A stretch of 36,240 nucleotides of DNA from the IMG/VR virus record IMGVR_UViG_3300045988_115111, positions 1 to 36,240 of that record. One strand, 5' to 3'. Within the stretch, counting starts at the first letter, position 1; each line of letters opens with the position of its first letter. This DNA is from a virus. Shown in pieces: positions 34,541 through 36,240 of the stretch. The notes beneath the pieces were generated by a model, which worked only from the letters and a program-made list of their open reading frames with translations, searched no databases and was not told the origin of the DNA. A program made the translations under genes and the position numbers.

Positions 34541-35203
34541 TTATCCCCTCAACTTTTCGACTAAATCAGGGTCGCTAGTGATCTTCTCCATAAGCCCACG
34601 AATCAGCGCCGCCCCCTTAGCCCCTTCAACGACCGACAGGTCAAAAGACCCACCTACGGGTGTAATACCAAAGGCTTTAACCTTACCGGGGCTAAGCCCT
34701 AGCCGGTTGCATTCCTGCAATAGAGCATCCCGGGCCTGTTGAGCCTGATCCACGGGGCCACGCGTAGCCTGATCCCCGGGAACCGTCACATAGTCCGCAT
34801 CCGGGTCGACGTCTTCTGTAGGTAGGCAAAGAGACTGCAAGAGGGCGATACGAAAAGCCACGCTCATAGCCTTAGCCGTAGCCTTATCCGCGTAGTCTCG
34901 TGCCTCAGCCGCGACACTGGCTTCCAGAGGCTCGCAACCTACATGTTGAAACCTGTAGGTTACGACCACACGGGCGTCCGTGATAGCGTTTTTACCCCCC
35001 GCGTGCTGAACATACTCCACATGGTCCAAACGCGGGGTAACCACCACACCATGCTTACGAAAAGCCGGGGCCGTAGCGTTAACCACAGCATCCACGCCGC
35101 GAAAAAAGAACCCCTGCTTCTGGTTTTTTTCCTGTTTATGAACGGCCCTAACGTCAGCCATAGCCGCCAAAAGCGCCTCGGCGGTATTTTCGTGCCTAAC
35201 CAT
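34541..35203 (-). CDS. erf: ERF-family single-strand annealing protein (recombinase)
   Basis: 220 aa. It aligns with the P22 Erf core: KNQ..FF.RGVDAVVNATAPAFRKHG and ASVAAEARDYADKATAKAMSVAFRIALLQSLCLPTEDVDPDAD. Confidence 0.7.
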   Translation of the reverse strand: MVRHENTAEALLAAMADVRAVHKQEKNQKQGFFFRGVDAVVNATAPAFRKHGVVVTPRLDHVEYVQHAGGKNAITDARVVVTYRFQHVGCEPLEASVAAEARDYADKATAKAMSVAFRIALLQSLCLPTEDVDPDADYVTVPGDQATRGPVDQAQQARDALLQECNRLGLSPGKVKAFGITPVGGSFDLSVVEGAKGAALIRGLMEKITSDPDLVEKLRG

Positions 35204-35206
35204 CCC

Positions 35207-35710
35207 CTACGCCTCCAATTCGCGCGTCAGATGATTGTTAGAGCAAATAGCCTCCGCCTCACGATTAGCAGACTCGGACGGGCGAACCATAACGGTAGGA
35301 TCACCACGCCTAACCCCCATACCCGGGGGCACATCCCCACCCGTACGCGCCGCCGCTACAGTGTCAGCCTTCAACTTTTCCACATACCAATTAGCGACCG
35401 TATGTTCCAACAGCTCCGGGGCGTGTTCTTTCACCACCTCCATAGCCTTCACGAACATACCGGGGGCGAACACATCAACCAAAGCCTCAGCCGGGGCCAT
35501 AGCCTTCACCGTTCCCATATCAGCGACGAACGCACTAGGCTTAGGGTCCGTTAAGCTCACCGTGCCTAGCTTCTCCCCCTCAGAAGTTGCGGCCACTAGC
35601 CGCTCCCCCGGGGTCATCTCATCCAGCAGCGCCTGGCGGCACGCGTCATGTTCAGCCCGCAAACGCTTTAAAATAGCGGCCTGTAAAACCACCTGATCTT
35701 TTAGTTTCAT
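35207..35710 (-). CDS. hypothetical protein
   Basis: 167-aa ORF with a 4-nt overlap to the upstream gene. Confidence 0.4.
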   Translation of the reverse strand: MKLKDQVVLQAAILKRLRAEHDACRQALLDEMTPGERLVAATSEGEKLGTVSLTDPKPSAFVADMGTVKAMAPAEALVDVFAPGMFVKAMEVVKEHAPELLEHTVANWYVEKLKADTVAAARTGGDVPPGMGVRRGDPTVMVRPSESANREAEAICSNNHLTRELEA

Positions 35711-36240
35711 GCTGCTAATTCCTCTCTCAAGATGTCACACACGCGCACAATTTCATACCCCGCATCCGTAAGTTGCTTAGACTCTGTAAGCAGCCCCCGC
35801 GCATGTAGGCGCGCAAACTCATTAGGTTTAAGTTTTTCCCCACGGTGCAACGCCTCCATTAGCTTCACCACTAAAAAGCCATAGTCATTGATAAACTCCA
35901 TACGGCGGCGCCTCGCTTTAACCCGCGTTAGCGACTGGAACTTAGCTGCATGCCTAATGCACATAGCCAAACCCCACGGGCCGCTGCCAACGCTGTTGCA
36001 ACAAGGATGAACACACGGCCTATATTTTTGCTCATGGGCGGCAGTAGAAAGCCCACCCGATAATTTCAACGCCTCAACAGCGTTAACGGGAACCCACGGC
36101 CCCTTAAAACCCTTGAGCTGGTTGTGAATCTCCAAACCTAAAAAGTCTGCCTTTTCCATCAACTCCCCGGGTGTAGTCTCTAACTTTTCAGCCGCTAAAG
36201 ACAGGTAGGTCCACTTTCGGTTTTGCTTGTCCTCCATCAC
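35707..36240 (-). CDS. hypothetical Cys-rich protein; the gene crosses the contig junction (its 5' end continues at window positions about 56-109)
   Basis: The ORF runs to the window edge. Read across the 55-bp overlap, the frame stays open to an ATG at the reverse complement of 107-109. It contains CVHPCCNSVGSGPWGLAMC. Confidence 0.45.
   Translation of the reverse strand: MMEDKQNRKWTYLSLAAEKLETTPGELMEKADFLGLEIHNQLKGFKGPWVPVNAVEALKLSGGLSTAAHEQKYRPCVHPCCNSVGSGPWGLAMCIRHAAKFQSLTRVKARRRRMEFINDYGFLVVKLMEALHRGEKLKPNEFARLHARGLLTESKQLTDAGYEIVRVCDILREELAA
36186..36240. repeat. 55-bp terminal direct repeat identical to positions 1-55 (assembly overlap of a circular or terminally redundant genome)
   Basis: Exact match of TTTCAGCCGCTAAAGACAGGTAGGTCCACTTTCGGTTTTGCTTGTCCTCCATCAC at both ends. 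Confidence 0.9.

Noticed and set aside
1-36240. CRISPR arrays, IS/transposase genes, rRNA.
   Set aside because: - No spaced direct-repeat arrays were seen.
- No transposase-like ORFs with flanking inverted repeats were seen.
- No rRNA-like conservation was seen.
- The only repeats are the iterons, the GTGGTCCAC pairs, the cos-region repeats and the terminal 55-bp overlap.

Overview
The window is one complete temperate siphovirus (prophage-type) genome from a high-GC Gram-positive host, probably an actinobacterium. The host cannot be named from the sequence alone. The first 55 nt (1-55) are identical to the last 55 nt (36186-36240), so the window is a circularly closed or terminally redundant phage contig of about 36,185 unique bp, and at least one gene reads across the junction.

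Genes are mostly on the minus strand, in these modules:
- Lysogeny/immunity, plus strand: two paralogous HTH proteins, an ImmA/IrrE-type metallopeptidase, a tyrosine integrase and a two-gene moron pair. Upstream are tRNA 3'-end-like fragments that are candidate att sites.
- Lysis: Amidase_2 endolysin, a holin and a third membrane protein.
- Tail: minor tail proteins, Dit and Tal by position, a 1630-aa tape measure protein carrying NlpC/P60 and lytic-transglycosylase domains, the G/GT tail-assembly chaperones and the major tail protein.
- Head: head-tail connectors, an HK97-type major capsid protein, a prohead protease that is preceded in frame by an unexpected P-loop kinase-like domain, and the portal.
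- Packaging: TerL, TerS, an HNH endonuclease and a candidate cos region.
- Early/replication: dUTPase, NrdH-like redoxin, an orphan beta-class DNA methyltransferase, RusA, SSB, a replication initiator with internal iterons, a second HNH, an ERF-family annealing protein and an excisionase-type HTH.

Three features stand out. The first is the in-frame fusion of a P-loop NTPase domain to the prohead protease. The second is a roughly 1.6-kb block whose plus strand is extremely GT-rich and which contains the cos candidate plus several unassignable genes. The third is the immunity switch, which has a duplicated HTH protein, a divergent 41-aa membrane peptide and an operator-like inverted repeat.
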